Part shown: one piece after another, positions 40,995 through 51,272 of the stretch | Layout: each line of letters opens with the position of its first letter | Position numbering within the stretch: position 1 is the stretch's first letter | Source: an uncultured Methylomirabilota bacterium | GTDB lineage: Bacteria > Methylomirabilota > Methylomirabilia > Methylomirabilales > 2-02-FULL-66-22 | Direction: 5' to 3' | DNA length: 64,000 nucleotides | Assembly (NCBI GenBank): GCA_963845565.1 | Contig: CAWJSJ010000002.1 | Location: forward strand, 1,856,001-1,920,000 | Program-made: the position numbers and the translations under genes | Notes under the pieces: generated by a model | The model's database searches: none | What the model was told of the DNA's origin: nothing | The model's input: the letters and a program-made list of their open reading frames with translations, nothing else

Positions 40995-42047
40995 ATGACG
41001 AAAAGGACGCGCACCACAACAACTGCGAATCCCGGGTTGACCCGACGTCGGTTCCTGTCCACTGTGGCCAGTGGCGCTGCAGGGATGGCCTGGCTTGCCG
41101 AGCGGACCCCGCCCGCCTTCGCCCAGGGCAAGACGTTCGCGGCGCGCTTCGGCACCGTGATCGCCGCCTCGACGCCGAACGCCCTCGGCGACAAGTACTT
41201 CACCGACGAGGCGAACAAGCGCAGCGGCGGCGCGCTCCAGATCCAGTTCTTCCCGGACGCGCAGATCGGCGCCTCGCGGGATCTGCTGGAAGGGATCCAG
41301 CTCGGCACGGTGCAGTTTGCCGAGGTCTCGACCGCGAACATCACCCCGTTCCTGTCGGATACGATGGTCTTCGATCTCCCCTACGTTTTCACCAGCCAGC
41401 CCGCGCTCCTGAAGTTCTTGGACAGCCCCACCGGAACCGAGAAGCTGGCGATCGAGCGGTTCGCCACCATCCGGATGCGCGGCCTCGCCTGGTACGACAC
41501 CGGGACCCGGTGCATCTACAACAGTCGGAAGCCGATCGTGACGCCCGACGACCTGAAGGGGATGAAGATCCGCGTGGAGGAGAACCCGGTCCGGGTGGCC
41601 TCCCTGAACGCTATGGGGGCGCAGGCCACGCCGATGTCCTTCGCCGAGGTGTACGGCGCCCTGCAGCAGCGGGTCATGGACGGCGCCGAGAACTCCGCGC
41701 AGACCTACATGGCAAACAAGCACTTCGAGGTGGCGTCGCTCTTCTCGCTCACGGACCACTTCATCACGCCGAACTGTGTCGTCGTCTCCACGAGCTGGTT
41801 CGGCGGGCTGCCCAAGGAACTGCAGGACCTCCTCATCCAGGTCGGGAAGGATGCCGCGCAGTACGAGCGCAAGGTCTGGGCGGAGGTCGGGGGCAAGCTG
41901 GCCGATTCGATGAAGGGGGCCGGGGTCAAGATCAACGAGAGCGACAAGAAGGCGTTCCGGGCCACGGTGACGAAGGTGCAAGAGGAGTACGCCAAGAAGA
42001 TCCCGAAGGAGTGGTGGGACACCGTTATGAAATCAGCCGGCGCGTAG
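40995..42047 (+). CDS. TRAP DctP substrate-binding protein (Tat signal)
   Basis: TRRRFL; DLKGMKIRV, EVYGALQ..MDGAEN; TTGACA-N18-TAAGTT upstream at 40901. Confidence 0.92.
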   Translation: MTKRTRTTTTANPGLTRRRFLSTVASGAAGMAWLAERTPPAFAQGKTFAARFGTVIAASTPNALGDKYFTDEANKRSGGALQIQFFPDAQIGASRDLLEGIQLGTVQFAEVSTANITPFLSDTMVFDLPYVFTSQPALLKFLDSPTGTEKLAIERFATIRMRGLAWYDTGTRCIYNSRKPIVTPDDLKGMKIRVEENPVRVASLNAMGAQATPMSFAEVYGALQQRVMDGAENSAQTYMANKHFEVASLFSLTDHFITPNCVVVSTSWFGGLPKELQDLLIQVGKDAAQYERKVWAEVGGKLADSMKGAGVKINESDKKAFRATVTKVQEEYAKKIPKEWWDTVMKSAGA

Positions 42048-42192
42048 CAGGCTGCTTGAAAAATGCCCATCTGCGGTGACCCACCCTTGGTGGATACCCC
42101 GAGGGCCTCGCCGCTAGCTGCGACGTACCTCCAGCACGTCTCGCTCGACCTGCGGCAAACCGCCTTGCACCTGGGCATTTTTGAGCAGCCTG
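42048..42192 (+). repeat. Family-1 palindromic repeat copy 5, nested mini-hairpin at 42078-42100
   Basis: CAGGCTGCTTGAAAAATGCCC...GGGCATTTTTGAGCAGCCTG with compensatory change; follows a TAG stop. Confidence 0.85.
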
Positions 42193-42228
42193 GCGCGATA
42201 GCCTTCAGCGTTTGTCTGGAGAAACGGC

Positions 42229-42723
42229 ATGTTGGTCCGCCTGTGGGACAAGGGGTTGGCGGCAACGGTCGCCGCGAGCTATGCGGTGATCGTCGCCGTC
42301 GGGTTCGCGCAGGTCCTGTTCCGGTTCGTGTTTTCCAGCCCGCTCTCCTGGTCCGAGGAGCTGGTCCGCTACGTGTTCGTCTGGTCCGTGTTCCTCACGG
42401 CAGCCATAGCGTTTCACCTGAACAGCCATATCAGCATCGATTTCTTGACGTCGCGGTATCCGCCGCGGCTGCAGCGCGCCTGCGCGCTGGCCTCCTGGAT
42501 TGCCGTGATCCTTGCTGTGGCCATCCTGTTCGTGCTCGGGATGCAACTGGTCCTGGCACCGTCCGTCCGATTCCAGAAATCGCCGGCGATGGAAATCCCG
42601 ATGACGGTCCCGTACGCGGCGATCCCGGTCGGCTGTGCCGTGATGATGGTGAACATCCTCCGGGGTGCGTGGCGGACGTGGAGGGGGACGCAGGCGCCCG
42701 CCGCACACATCGAGGTCGCGTGA
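42229..42723 (+). CDS. TRAP small permease DctQ
   Basis: QVLFRFV, WSEELVRY, HISIDF. Confidence 0.88.
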   Translation: MLVRLWDKGLAATVAASYAVIVAVGFAQVLFRFVFSSPLSWSEELVRYVFVWSVFLTAAIAFHLNSHISIDFLTSRYPPRLQRACALASWIAVILAVAILFVLGMQLVLAPSVRFQKSPAMEIPMTVPYAAIPVGCAVMMVNILRGAWRTWRGTQAPAAHIEVA

Positions 42724-42724
42724 C

Positions 42725-44023
42725 GTGTTCACCGCGCTGTTCGTCACTTTCCTGGTCCTGATGTTCGGTCTCGGGGCGCCGCTGGCGATCACCATGGTGT
42801 TATCATCGCTGGCGGCGCTCTGGGTTCACGGGACGCTGCCGGGCGCCGCCCCGATCCCCCTCGTCGTCACGCCGCAGCGGATGTTCATCATCGTGGACTC
42901 CTTTCCGCTGATGGCGGTCCCGTACTTCATCTTGGCCGGCGAGTTGATGGAGCGGGGCGGGATCTCGCTCCGGCTGGTGAAGTTCGCCGTGGCCCTCGTC
43001 GGCCGCGTCCGGGGAGGCATCTGTCTTGCCGCGGTCCTGGCGAGCATGATCTTCGCCGGGGTGTCCGGATCCGGGGCCGCCGACACGGCTGCGGTCGGGT
43101 CGCTCACCATCCCGGCGATGATCAAGAAGGGCTATCCGCGTGGTTTCGTGGCGGCCCTCCAGGCGGTCGCGGGGGCCATTGGGCCCATCATTCCACCCAG
43201 TATCGTGATGCTGATCTACGCGTCGATCGCGAACCAGTCCCCGGCTCGCATGTTTCTGGGGGGGATCATCCCGGGCATTCTGATCGGGCTGGGTCTGATG
43301 GGGGTGAGCTACGCCTATTCCATCCGACACGGCTTCGGTGCCGAAGAGGCGGCCGGGTGGCGGGAGGTCCTGCGGGCAACCGTGGATGCGAGCTGGGCGC
43401 TGGTGAGCCCGGTGATCATCCTGGGCGGCATCCTGAGCGGCGTCTTTACGGCCACGGAGGCTGGGGTCATCGCCGTTGTGTACGCGCTTCTGGTTGGAGT
43501 CTTTGTCTACAAGGAAATCCGGTGGACCGAGCTTCCGGCGGCGCTGGTCAAGGCGGCGCTCACGACCAGCATCGTGATGTTCGTGGTGGCGGCATCGGGC
43601 ATCTTCGGGTGGCTCTTGGCCGCCGCCCGCGCACCGGTCGTGGCGGCGCAGTTCTTGACGTCACTGACGGACAACCGGTTCATGATCTTCCTGATCGTGA
43701 TCGTGTTTCTGTTGATCGTCGGCGGCCTGATGGAGGAGGCGGCGTCCATCATCATTCTGGTGCCGGTCCTGCATCCCCTCGCCGTACGCTTCGGCATCAA
43801 CGAGCTGCACTGGGCCGTGATCCTGTCCATGACGCTGGTGGTGGGCGCCGTGACGCCGCCGGTCGCGAGCTTTCTCTTCATCTCGACCGCCATCGCCAAG
43901 ACGACTCTGAGCGACGCCTCTCGCAACGTCTGGATCTTCCTCGCCGTCATGGTCGGTGTTATCCTGCTTTCCGTGATCCTCCCCGATCTCGTTCTCTTTC
44001 TTCCGCGACTGCTGATGGGATAA
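42725..44023 (+). CDS. TRAP large permease DctM
   Basis: AVPYFILAG, SGSGAADTA, IIPPS, FTATEAG, TPPV. Confidence 0.9.
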   Translation: MFTALFVTFLVLMFGLGAPLAITMVLSSLAALWVHGTLPGAAPIPLVVTPQRMFIIVDSFPLMAVPYFILAGELMERGGISLRLVKFAVALVGRVRGGICLAAVLASMIFAGVSGSGAADTAAVGSLTIPAMIKKGYPRGFVAALQAVAGAIGPIIPPSIVMLIYASIANQSPARMFLGGIIPGILIGLGLMGVSYAYSIRHGFGAEEAAGWREVLRATVDASWALVSPVIILGGILSGVFTATEAGVIAVVYALLVGVFVYKEIRWTELPAALVKAALTTSIVMFVVAASGIFGWLLAAARAPVVAAQFLTSLTDNRFMIFLIVIVFLLIVGGLMEEAASIIILVPVLHPLAVRFGINELHWAVILSMTLVVGAVTPPVASFLFISTAIAKTTLSDASRNVWIFLAVMVGVILLSVILPDLVLFLPRLLMG

Positions 44024-44123
44024 GAAAGCGGTCAAGACGATCGCCAAGTCGCTGCGGTGAGCCGCGCCGCTCGGTGGCGAGGTACAACGGGCGGTCCGGC
44101 CGATGGGAGGGTGGTGGCCCGCG

Positions 44124-46004
44124 TCAGGACGCTTCGATCGTCGGGCCCGCAGGGCTCCGCCGGTAGAGCCACCGGCGGTCGAGGAACACAAAGACGCTGC
44201 CGAGGGCAGCCAGGAGATCCCACGCCCAGTGGGGGATGATCCAAAGGATTCCCACGGCGATCAGGACCAGCCGGCCCGCCCAGGAGAGGGGGCCGCGAAG
44301 CTGCCCGATGAATCCCGCGCTCAGTGTGACCATGGCCAGGGTGGTCCGGACGACGGATGCCACGACGGCCAATGGCCCGCCTCCCACGATCAGCAGCATG
44401 GAATAATCGTAGACGAAGACGAAGGGGAGGAGGAACGCGGCGTAGCTCAACCGCAGGCTGTAGCGGGCCGTCTCCATCCAGTCGGCCCCGGCCATGCCTG
44501 CGGCGATGTAGACCGCGCCGCAGACCGGCGGCGTGATCGCGGAGAGGATCGCGAAGTAGAACACGAACAGGTGGGCGGCCAACGGGTGGACGCCGAGCTG
44601 GATCAGCGCGGGTGCGGCCACGATCACTGCCATGATGTATGCGGCGGTCGTCGGAACCTCCATTCCCAGGATGATGCAGGTGACCATGGTGAGGACCAGT
44701 GTCAGAAACAGTGACCCGCCGCTCATCTGGATGATGAAGGTGGAGATCTTCACGCCGAGGCCGGTGTGGGAGAGAATGGCGATGATGATCTGCGCGCAGG
44801 CGCAGATACTGGCGATCATGGCGACCTGGGGTCCGCCCTCGCGGATGGCGCGCACCACTTTCTGGAAGGCGGTTCGGTCGAAGCGAAACTCCGTGGTGAG
44901 AAGCGCCAGCGGGAGCGTGCTGAGGGTCGCCCAGAAGGCTGCGTACTGCGGCGTATAGGCCAGAACGAGGAAGGTCAGCAGGACGCCGAACGGTGCGGCG
45001 AAAAATGCGCTGGTGCGCAGGGTGTCTCGCCACGACGGCAACTCGCCGGCGTCCAGCCCCCGCAGGCCGTCCCGCATGGCGAAGAAATGAATGCCCACCC
45101 AGCAGGTGAAGTAGTAAAGCACCGCCGGGAAAAAGGCGGCGATGGCGATCTTGAGATAGGGGGTCTGGGTCAGTTCGGCCATGATGAACGCGCCGGCCCC
45201 CATGATGGGGGGCATGATCTGGCCCCCGGTGGACGCCACCGCCTCCACCGCCGCGGCAAATGCCGGTCGGAAGCCCAGCTTCTTCATCATGGGGATGGTG
45301 AAGGCGCCCGTGGTGACCACGTTGGCCGAGGCACTCCCCGAGATCGTTCCAAACATGGCGCTGGCCACGGTGGCCACCTTGGCCGGACCGCCGCGGAGCC
45401 GGCCGGTCGTCCGAATCGAGAGCAGGCGGAAGCCCGTTCCGCCACCCGTCTCTCCCACGAAGGCGCCCATGAACACGAAGATGGCGATGATGTTTGCGGA
45501 GATCCCCGTGAGCTGCCCCCAGATCCCGCCCGTGGTGAGATACAGCATCCCCACGATCTGCGCGAGATCGTACTTCACGTGCCCGAAGTACCCGGGGATG
45601 TGATGGCCGTACAGCGCATAGAGCAAGAAGAGCAGGGTGATCGTGGGAAGGATCGGCCGGATCATCCGGCGGGCGGCTTCCAGGACGACGAGGACCATGA
45701 GCAGCCCCAGGACCGTCTGCCCGGTGCCCGTCACCACGCCGTATTGATCCAGCACCGCCTGGAAGTTGACGATGATGTAGCCGCACAGGAACAGGCCGAG
45801 CGCGGTCAAGCCCGCATCCAGCCATCGCGCCATTCGCCCGCCCGCCTGCCGCGACGTCAGGAAGATGAGGGGAATGGCCAGTCCGACGTGAAGCGCTCGC
45901 TCGATCAGGTTCGGGACGAAGGCGTACACGGGTAGGAGCAGGGCGAACAGCGCCAGGCCTAGCGAGCAGGAAAACGCGATGACGGAGCGCAGCCTCGAAT
46001 ACAT
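44124..46004 (-). CDS. TRAP-TAXI fused 4TM/12TM permease
   Basis: GGPAKVA, SGSASANVVTTG, ASTGGQIMPPIMGA, ILGMEVPTTAAY, ITPPV. Confidence 0.92.
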   Translation of the reverse strand: MYSRLRSVIAFSCSLGLALFALLLPVYAFVPNLIERALHVGLAIPLIFLTSRQAGGRMARWLDAGLTALGLFLCGYIIVNFQAVLDQYGVVTGTGQTVLGLLMVLVVLEAARRMIRPILPTITLLFLLYALYGHHIPGYFGHVKYDLAQIVGMLYLTTGGIWGQLTGISANIIAIFVFMGAFVGETGGGTGFRLLSIRTTGRLRGGPAKVATVASAMFGTISGSASANVVTTGAFTIPMMKKLGFRPAFAAAVEAVASTGGQIMPPIMGAGAFIMAELTQTPYLKIAIAAFFPAVLYYFTCWVGIHFFAMRDGLRGLDAGELPSWRDTLRTSAFFAAPFGVLLTFLVLAYTPQYAAFWATLSTLPLALLTTEFRFDRTAFQKVVRAIREGGPQVAMIASICACAQIIIAILSHTGLGVKISTFIIQMSGGSLFLTLVLTMVTCIILGMEVPTTAAYIMAVIVAAPALIQLGVHPLAAHLFVFYFAILSAITPPVCGAVYIAAGMAGADWMETARYSLRLSYAAFLLPFVFVYDYSMLLIVGGGPLAVVASVVRTTLAMVTLSAGFIGQLRGPLSWAGRLVLIAVGILWIIPHWAWDLLAALGSVFVFLDRRWLYRRSPAGPTIEAS

Positions 46005-46074
46005 GTCGGGACCCCGCGGAGACAACAATGCGGAGGGCGCCGGACGGCAACCCTCCGCATAGAGAGGGGTGCGC

Positions 46075-47040
46075 CTACCGCATCGAGGCCGGGATCTCGA
46101 CCCCGACCTCCTTGTAATACCGCTGGGCTCCCGGGTGCACCTTGGCGACTCCGTAGCGGACCCCGGTGATGTCCAGACCCTTTCCGGTGGCGTGGGCATC
46201 CGCGATCATCTTTCGATGGTCCCAGAAGGCCTTGGTGAGCTTATAGGCCAGGTCGTCGGACAAATCGTCCGTCGTGTACATCAGGACCGGCGACGCCACG
46301 GTCTTGGTGTCGCCGGTCACCCCCTTGTAGGTGTCGGTCGGGATGACGGTCGGCGAATAGGTCGGATCGATCTCGGCCAGCTTCGTGTATTCGGCGTCGC
46401 CGATCTCCAGCAAGCGGATCGGTGTGGTTGCGACCAACTCCATCACCATCGGGGTGGGGAACGGGCTGCCGGTCGTGAACCCGACGGCGCGCCGGTTGGC
46501 CACCGCGTCGACGCCTTCCTTCAGATCCACGGCCGGGAGGTCCACCTTGCCATCCAGTCCGTAGACCTTCAGGACCAGCTTGGTCAGCCGTTCGGTGGCG
46601 GTCCCGATGCCGCCGGGAATGAAGCGCTTCCCCTCAAGGTCCCGGATCGTCTTGATCCCGCTGTCCTGCCGGACGACCCAGTGCATCACCACGCCGGGGA
46701 AGGCCCAGAGCGTGCGAATCCGCTCGTATCCTCCCTCGTCGAAGGGTTTGGTCTTCTTGGCCGTCTGTGCGATGAGATCCGAGGTCGAAGTGAAGAGGTA
46801 GCTGGACCGGCTACGGGCCTCCTTGACATTGGCCACCGACCCCAGGCTTTCTTCCACCGAGACCTCGACTCCCGGGACGGTCATGAGCGCCTTGCTCGTG
46901 CCGATGGCCAGCGCGTAATACGAGGTGCCGGCCCGCGCGGACTTCACCACGAGGCGTGTCTGCGCCAAGCCGTCGGCCGTCCAGCCGCCGATCCCACACA
47001 CGACCAGCGCCACCACGCCAATGACCCACCGTCGCTTCAT
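46075..47040 (-). CDS. TAXI family TRAP substrate-binding protein
   Basis: Signal peptide; GTSYY, GSVAN, DLEGKR, HPGAQRYY. Confidence 0.9.
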   Translation of the reverse strand: MKRRWVIGVVALVVCGIGGWTADGLAQTRLVVKSARAGTSYYALAIGTSKALMTVPGVEVSVEESLGSVANVKEARSRSSYLFTSTSDLIAQTAKKTKPFDEGGYERIRTLWAFPGVVMHWVVRQDSGIKTIRDLEGKRFIPGGIGTATERLTKLVLKVYGLDGKVDLPAVDLKEGVDAVANRRAVGFTTGSPFPTPMVMELVATTPIRLLEIGDAEYTKLAEIDPTYSPTVIPTDTYKGVTGDTKTVASPVLMYTTDDLSDDLAYKLTKAFWDHRKMIADAHATGKGLDITGVRYGVAKVHPGAQRYYKEVGVEIPASMR

Positions 47041-47379
47041 AGCTCGTCCCCCCTTTTGAATCGTCCACCATCCGTTGTTTCCGGTTTCATCGCCAGGCCC
47101 CTGCCGATCCGTGGTAGCGCCATGTTCCCCGTGAAGCCCAGGACGAACCGGCAAGCGCGCGGAGCTGAAGATTAGCCTGCCAACCGCCACTAGCCTGTGC
47201 AAGATGAATCCGGATGGGGCCACACGTCAAGGAGAAATCCGAGGCGCCCGACGAAGCGTCCGGTGGTGCGGACAGGTTATCGGGCACACCCCATCATGCC
47301 TGGGCGGGGCATCCCGATCCGCGCCGCTGCGTCGGGACGTACGCCCGGGCCGAGCGATAAGACACGGCCCCACCACCGC

Positions 47380-47408
47380 TTGACAAACCCCTGGGCTCGG
47401 CGTAGCGT
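47380..47408 (+). promoter_or_regulatory. Putative sigma70 promoter
   Basis: TTGACA-N17-TAGCGT. Confidence 0.55.
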
Positions 47409-47413
47409 TTTTC

Positions 47414-47596
47414 GTGAGCACGAATCCCATTCGTATCCCTCACGGTGTCCCATTTGGTAACCCTCGCCTACTGGCGCGAGCGGCTCCCAAGCGGGACCCC
47501 GCCTGTGTCAAGATCGTTGGCGATGAGGAGGGGAGCCGCATGATGACAATCCGAAACGAGCCCCCTGGCACTCGTGAGGGATAGACGAGATCGGGA
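47414..47596 (+). ncRNA. Candidate structured RNA (6S-like rod or 5' leader)
   Basis: ATCCCTCACG-GTGTC pairs with GGCAC-T-CGTGAGGGAT; inner GCGGCTCCC/GGGAGCCGC stem; starts just after the promoter; no family-diagnostic motif recognised. Confidence 0.35.
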
Positions 47597-47648
47597 AAAC
47601 CTTCCCCGATCCCACATGCGACTACCGTCAAGGAGGAGGGAGATTCCT

Positions 47649-49724
47649 ATGGGTCCATCGCGCCGACTCCTACCGCTCTTGGCGGCTCTTGGCCTGTGGG
47701 GATGCGCTGCCACTCAGGAGATCTCGGTCCGACAGCCGCCAGTCATCAGCCCGCCCGCCCCAGGAACGCCAACGGCCGGCGCGGTCTCCGTCGACATCAC
47801 GCCCCCTCCTGGCATGCCGATGGGCGGATATTCCATGCTGGCGAACAGGGGTCAGGGGTTTCGCACGCGCCTCAAGTCCCGGGTTGTGTATCTGAATGAC
47901 GGCAAGGGGCACTCCGTCGCCCTAGTCCAGGTGGATCTTCCGGCCGCGTCGCTCCTCCTGCATCACAAGGTCGCCGAGGCGGTGGCCGAGAAAACCGGCC
48001 TGAAGCCGGGCGACATCGCCATCACGGCATCCCATAGCCATTCGGCGCCGGCCAACATCTTCGACAACGACTTTTACAACAAGCACATGTCGAGCGGCGA
48101 GTGGCTGGAGACGAGCCACCTTGAATTTCTCACAGGGCAGATCGCCCAGGGTATCTTGCAGGCCCACGAAAACCGCCGTCCGGCCAAGGTTGCCACGGGC
48201 TGCAAAGATATCTTCGGGTACAACCGGAACCGGGCATTGACCTCGTATGTCTTAAACCACGACGTCGGCGAGATCAACCTGGACGACCCGCAGGCGGTAT
48301 TCAAGGCGGTGAACCCGGCGCTGTGCATGGTGCGGGTGGACGTTCAAGACGATCGCGGGAGACACTTGCCCTTGGCGGCCTACTCCGTCTTTTCCGTGCA
48401 CGCCACGGCCCTGACGCCGCCGGTGGAGGTGTACAACGCCGATCTGTTTGCCTACGCACAGAAAGACCTCGAATGGACAATTCGGCGCACGTACGATACA
48501 CCCTGGCCGGTCGTCCATGCACTCACGTCGGGAACGGAAGGCGACATGGCTCCGGCGCTGCGAGATCAGGGGGACAGCACGTTCGGCCATCTCCCGGTTG
48601 ACTGGAAAGAGGCGAAGCGGGTAGGGAAGGGCATTGGCGGGGAGGCCATCCGCTTTTTCGAGGAACTGGGCGATCGCCTGACTGACGACATGGTCGTGGG
48701 CTCTGCCGTGCGGGAACTCAACATCCGCGAGCGCAACGCCGTGGAAGACGTTGTGCTCTGCACGTCCGCGGTGGTGGGGAACCCGCTGGCGGCCGGCGCC
48801 TACGAGCGCCGCGCGCCGTGGCTGGCGGCCGTTCCATTCTTGCGGGGAGGAAACGATCTGTCGCGGCGCTGGTGGCTCACCGATGGCTGCCAGGGCAACA
48901 AGCGGCATCTCCTCTTCTCTTTCCCGCAGTCTCTCCTGGAGCCGAAGGACAGCTTCCCCAATACCGTGATGTTCCAGCTGATCCGGGTGAACGATACGGT
49001 CATTCTTCCCATGCCGTTCGAGGTGACCGTCACCTCAGGCCGCCGCATCGCGGCCCGCGTGCAGGCGGAGTTCGAACAGGCCGGCAAGAACCGCGTCCGG
49101 CACGTGGCGGTCGCCTGCAACTCCAACGGTTACTTCGGGTACACCACCACGCCGGAGGAGTATTCCCGGCAGAATTACGAAGGGGGGCACACGCTGTACG
49201 GTCGGTACTCCACGCCGTACCTCACGACACAGCTCGGCGTGTTGACGCGCGACTTCCTGACAAAGGGCGAGGTGCAGGAACTGCAGCCAGCGTGGACGTA
49301 TCGAGTGAAGGTGGGCACTTTCTATCCGGAGCCCCGGCCCAGCACAGGTCGTCGGGAGGTGGTGGCACAGCCGACGCCGGTGCGGGCGGAGAAGGCGGAG
49401 GAGGAAGACTTCGTCGCCTTCCGGTGGCGGGACGTCGGCCCCCGTGCGGTGGACCTGCACCGGCCGTTGAGCCGCGTGGAGGTCGAGCGCCAGCACCGCT
49501 GGGAGGCGCTGTGGGTGAACGGCGAGCCGATCCACGATGACGGGTACGATCTGGAGGTTCGCTACCTGGCCGCGCGCGGCGAGGGCATGGGCGAGTACGA
49601 GGTGCGCTGGTACAATCCCGCCCCGGGCGGCGCCTACCGGTTCGTGGTCGAGTCGCGGCAGGGGCAGCCCGCCTTGGTCTCTCAACCATTCACCTATACG
49701 GGGTTCAGCGCAACGGCGCCGTGA
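47649..49724 (+). CDS. Neutral/alkaline ceramidase-like lipoprotein
   Basis: Lipobox LWGC; DITPP..MGGY, ASHSHSAP, VHAT, GTEGD, PFE.T, GYTTTPEEY..Q.YEGG.TLYG. Confidence 0.82.
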   Translation: MGPSRRLLPLLAALGLWGCAATQEISVRQPPVISPPAPGTPTAGAVSVDITPPPGMPMGGYSMLANRGQGFRTRLKSRVVYLNDGKGHSVALVQVDLPAASLLLHHKVAEAVAEKTGLKPGDIAITASHSHSAPANIFDNDFYNKHMSSGEWLETSHLEFLTGQIAQGILQAHENRRPAKVATGCKDIFGYNRNRALTSYVLNHDVGEINLDDPQAVFKAVNPALCMVRVDVQDDRGRHLPLAAYSVFSVHATALTPPVEVYNADLFAYAQKDLEWTIRRTYDTPWPVVHALTSGTEGDMAPALRDQGDSTFGHLPVDWKEAKRVGKGIGGEAIRFFEELGDRLTDDMVVGSAVRELNIRERNAVEDVVLCTSAVVGNPLAAGAYERRAPWLAAVPFLRGGNDLSRRWWLTDGCQGNKRHLLFSFPQSLLEPKDSFPNTVMFQLIRVNDTVILPMPFEVTVTSGRRIAARVQAEFEQAGKNRVRHVAVACNSNGYFGYTTTPEEYSRQNYEGGHTLYGRYSTPYLTTQLGVLTRDFLTKGEVQELQPAWTYRVKVGTFYPEPRPSTGRREVVAQPTPVRAEKAEEEDFVAFRWRDVGPRAVDLHRPLSRVEVERQHRWEALWVNGEPIHDDGYDLEVRYLAARGEGMGEYEVRWYNPAPGGAYRFVVESRQGQPALVSQPFTYTGFSATAP

Positions 49725-49776
49725 GCAATCCCTCCGCTGACATTCCACGCACGATGTTCCGGCATCGGAGAGGAGC

Positions 49777-51240
49777 GTGCTGATGGCATGGGCAAGGGTA
49801 GGAACGTCTGTTGCGCGTTGCGACGGGGCGGTGGCGGTGCGTCTTGCTCTGATTCTGGGTCTCGTCGTCAGCACGGCAGGGTGTTCGATCGCGACGCTGG
49901 ACACGATGCGAAACCAGCCGCTGCCCCTGCAAGGGGCGCCCCGTCACACTCGGGCGGCGGAAACTATCACAGCGGACGATCTGACCGACGACCTCTTCAT
50001 CGGGATTGCTCTTTCCGGGGGCGGGAGCCGCGCCGCGAATTTTTCCGCCGCCGTCCTGCTCGAACTGGACCGGCTGGGAATCCTGGGGAAAGCAACCGCC
50101 CTGTCCGCCGTATCCGGCAGTTCGCTTCCCACTGCGTACTTCGGCCTGTACGGCCACGATCGCAGCCGCTGGAACCCGGATGCGGTGCGCGCGCAGTTGA
50201 CGAAGGATTTCGAGATTCGCTGGTTCGGGCGCTGGTTTCTACCGCAGAGCATCCTTCCCTACTGGTTCACCAATTTCAACCGCAGCGACCTCATGAAGGA
50301 GGTCCTCGACAACAACCTGTTCCAGCAAAAGACGTTCGGCGATATGGGCAGCGGGCTCCCGCGCATCCTGGTCAACTCGACGACGTTGACGGAAGGGAAG
50401 CGCTTTGTGTTCAGCGAGGAGCGCTTCAAGGCGCTGCATTCGCGGATCGACACGTTTCCGGTCGCGAACGCGGTCATGGCTTCGAGCGCCGTCCCCGCAG
50501 CGTTCCACGACATGACGCTGCGAGACCACTCCGATCCCAAAGGGGAGACCTACGAGCACGTTGTCGACGGGGGCTCGACCGACAACCTGGGGATCACGAC
50601 GCTGCTCAGCATGGTGAGGGCGCTGTACAGCCGGACGAAGCAACCCAAAGGCTGCTTCTTGTTCGTCGTGGACTCGTATCCGTATCCCCAGTATCCCGCC
50701 CACCGGCACAAGGCAGACACCAGGTCCGGAATCGATTTCATCCTCGACACGAACGTCGCCGCGGCGTCCGCCGACGCACTCCTGATGGCGAGGCGCCTCA
50801 GCCTGCTCGATCAACTGAACGTGGATGCCAGAGAGGTCGACATCGATCCCTTCCAGATCAATGCAGGCAACGACCGGATCCGGCCGGATGTGGCACCGCA
50901 TCAGAATCTTCATGTTGAGTGCGCAGTGTGGCACCTGAGCCTGCAGCGCCTCCTGTCTGCGAGTTTTGCGCGCGAAGCGGTCAAGCGGGACGACGACCTG
51001 CGGGATGACGTCAGATACGTTGCCCGCGTCGTGAACGCGATCCCGACCCGCTTCAAGTTGATGGGAAAAGATCCGCTGAGCGACACGGAGTTGGGCGGCG
51101 ACGTCCTTCAGACCTACCTCTTTCGAGCGGCGAACTACCTCATCCATCTGGACAGTGACCAGACCGGCACGCCGATCCTGAAGCGGGCCTGCGACTGGTT
51201 CGCCGAGCGGGGCGTGCGGGATATCACGTGCGAGAAATAA
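49777..51240 (+). CDS. Patatin-like phospholipase, probable lipoprotein
   Basis: TAGC lipobox; IALSGGGSRAA, AVSGSS, ASSAVP, VDGG.TDNLG; true start may be slightly downstream. Confidence 0.82.
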   Translation: MLMAWARVGTSVARCDGAVAVRLALILGLVVSTAGCSIATLDTMRNQPLPLQGAPRHTRAAETITADDLTDDLFIGIALSGGGSRAANFSAAVLLELDRLGILGKATALSAVSGSSLPTAYFGLYGHDRSRWNPDAVRAQLTKDFEIRWFGRWFLPQSILPYWFTNFNRSDLMKEVLDNNLFQQKTFGDMGSGLPRILVNSTTLTEGKRFVFSEERFKALHSRIDTFPVANAVMASSAVPAAFHDMTLRDHSDPKGETYEHVVDGGSTDNLGITTLLSMVRALYSRTKQPKGCFLFVVDSYPYPQYPAHRHKADTRSGIDFILDTNVAAASADALLMARRLSLLDQLNVDAREVDIDPFQINAGNDRIRPDVAPHQNLHVECAVWHLSLQRLLSASFAREAVKRDDDLRDDVRYVARVVNAIPTRFKLMGKDPLSDTELGGDVLQTYLFRAANYLIHLDSDQTGTPILKRACDWFAERGVRDITCEK

Positions 51241-51272
51241 CCAAGACGCCGCAACGCGATTGGAGGGCCGGC

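Noticed and set aside
47519..47560. GGCGATG (fluoride riboswitch-like) and TGATGA..GAAA (hammerhead-like) motifs
   Set aside because: The required pairings (CGCC pseudoknot partner; CUGAUGA core with stem II) are absent
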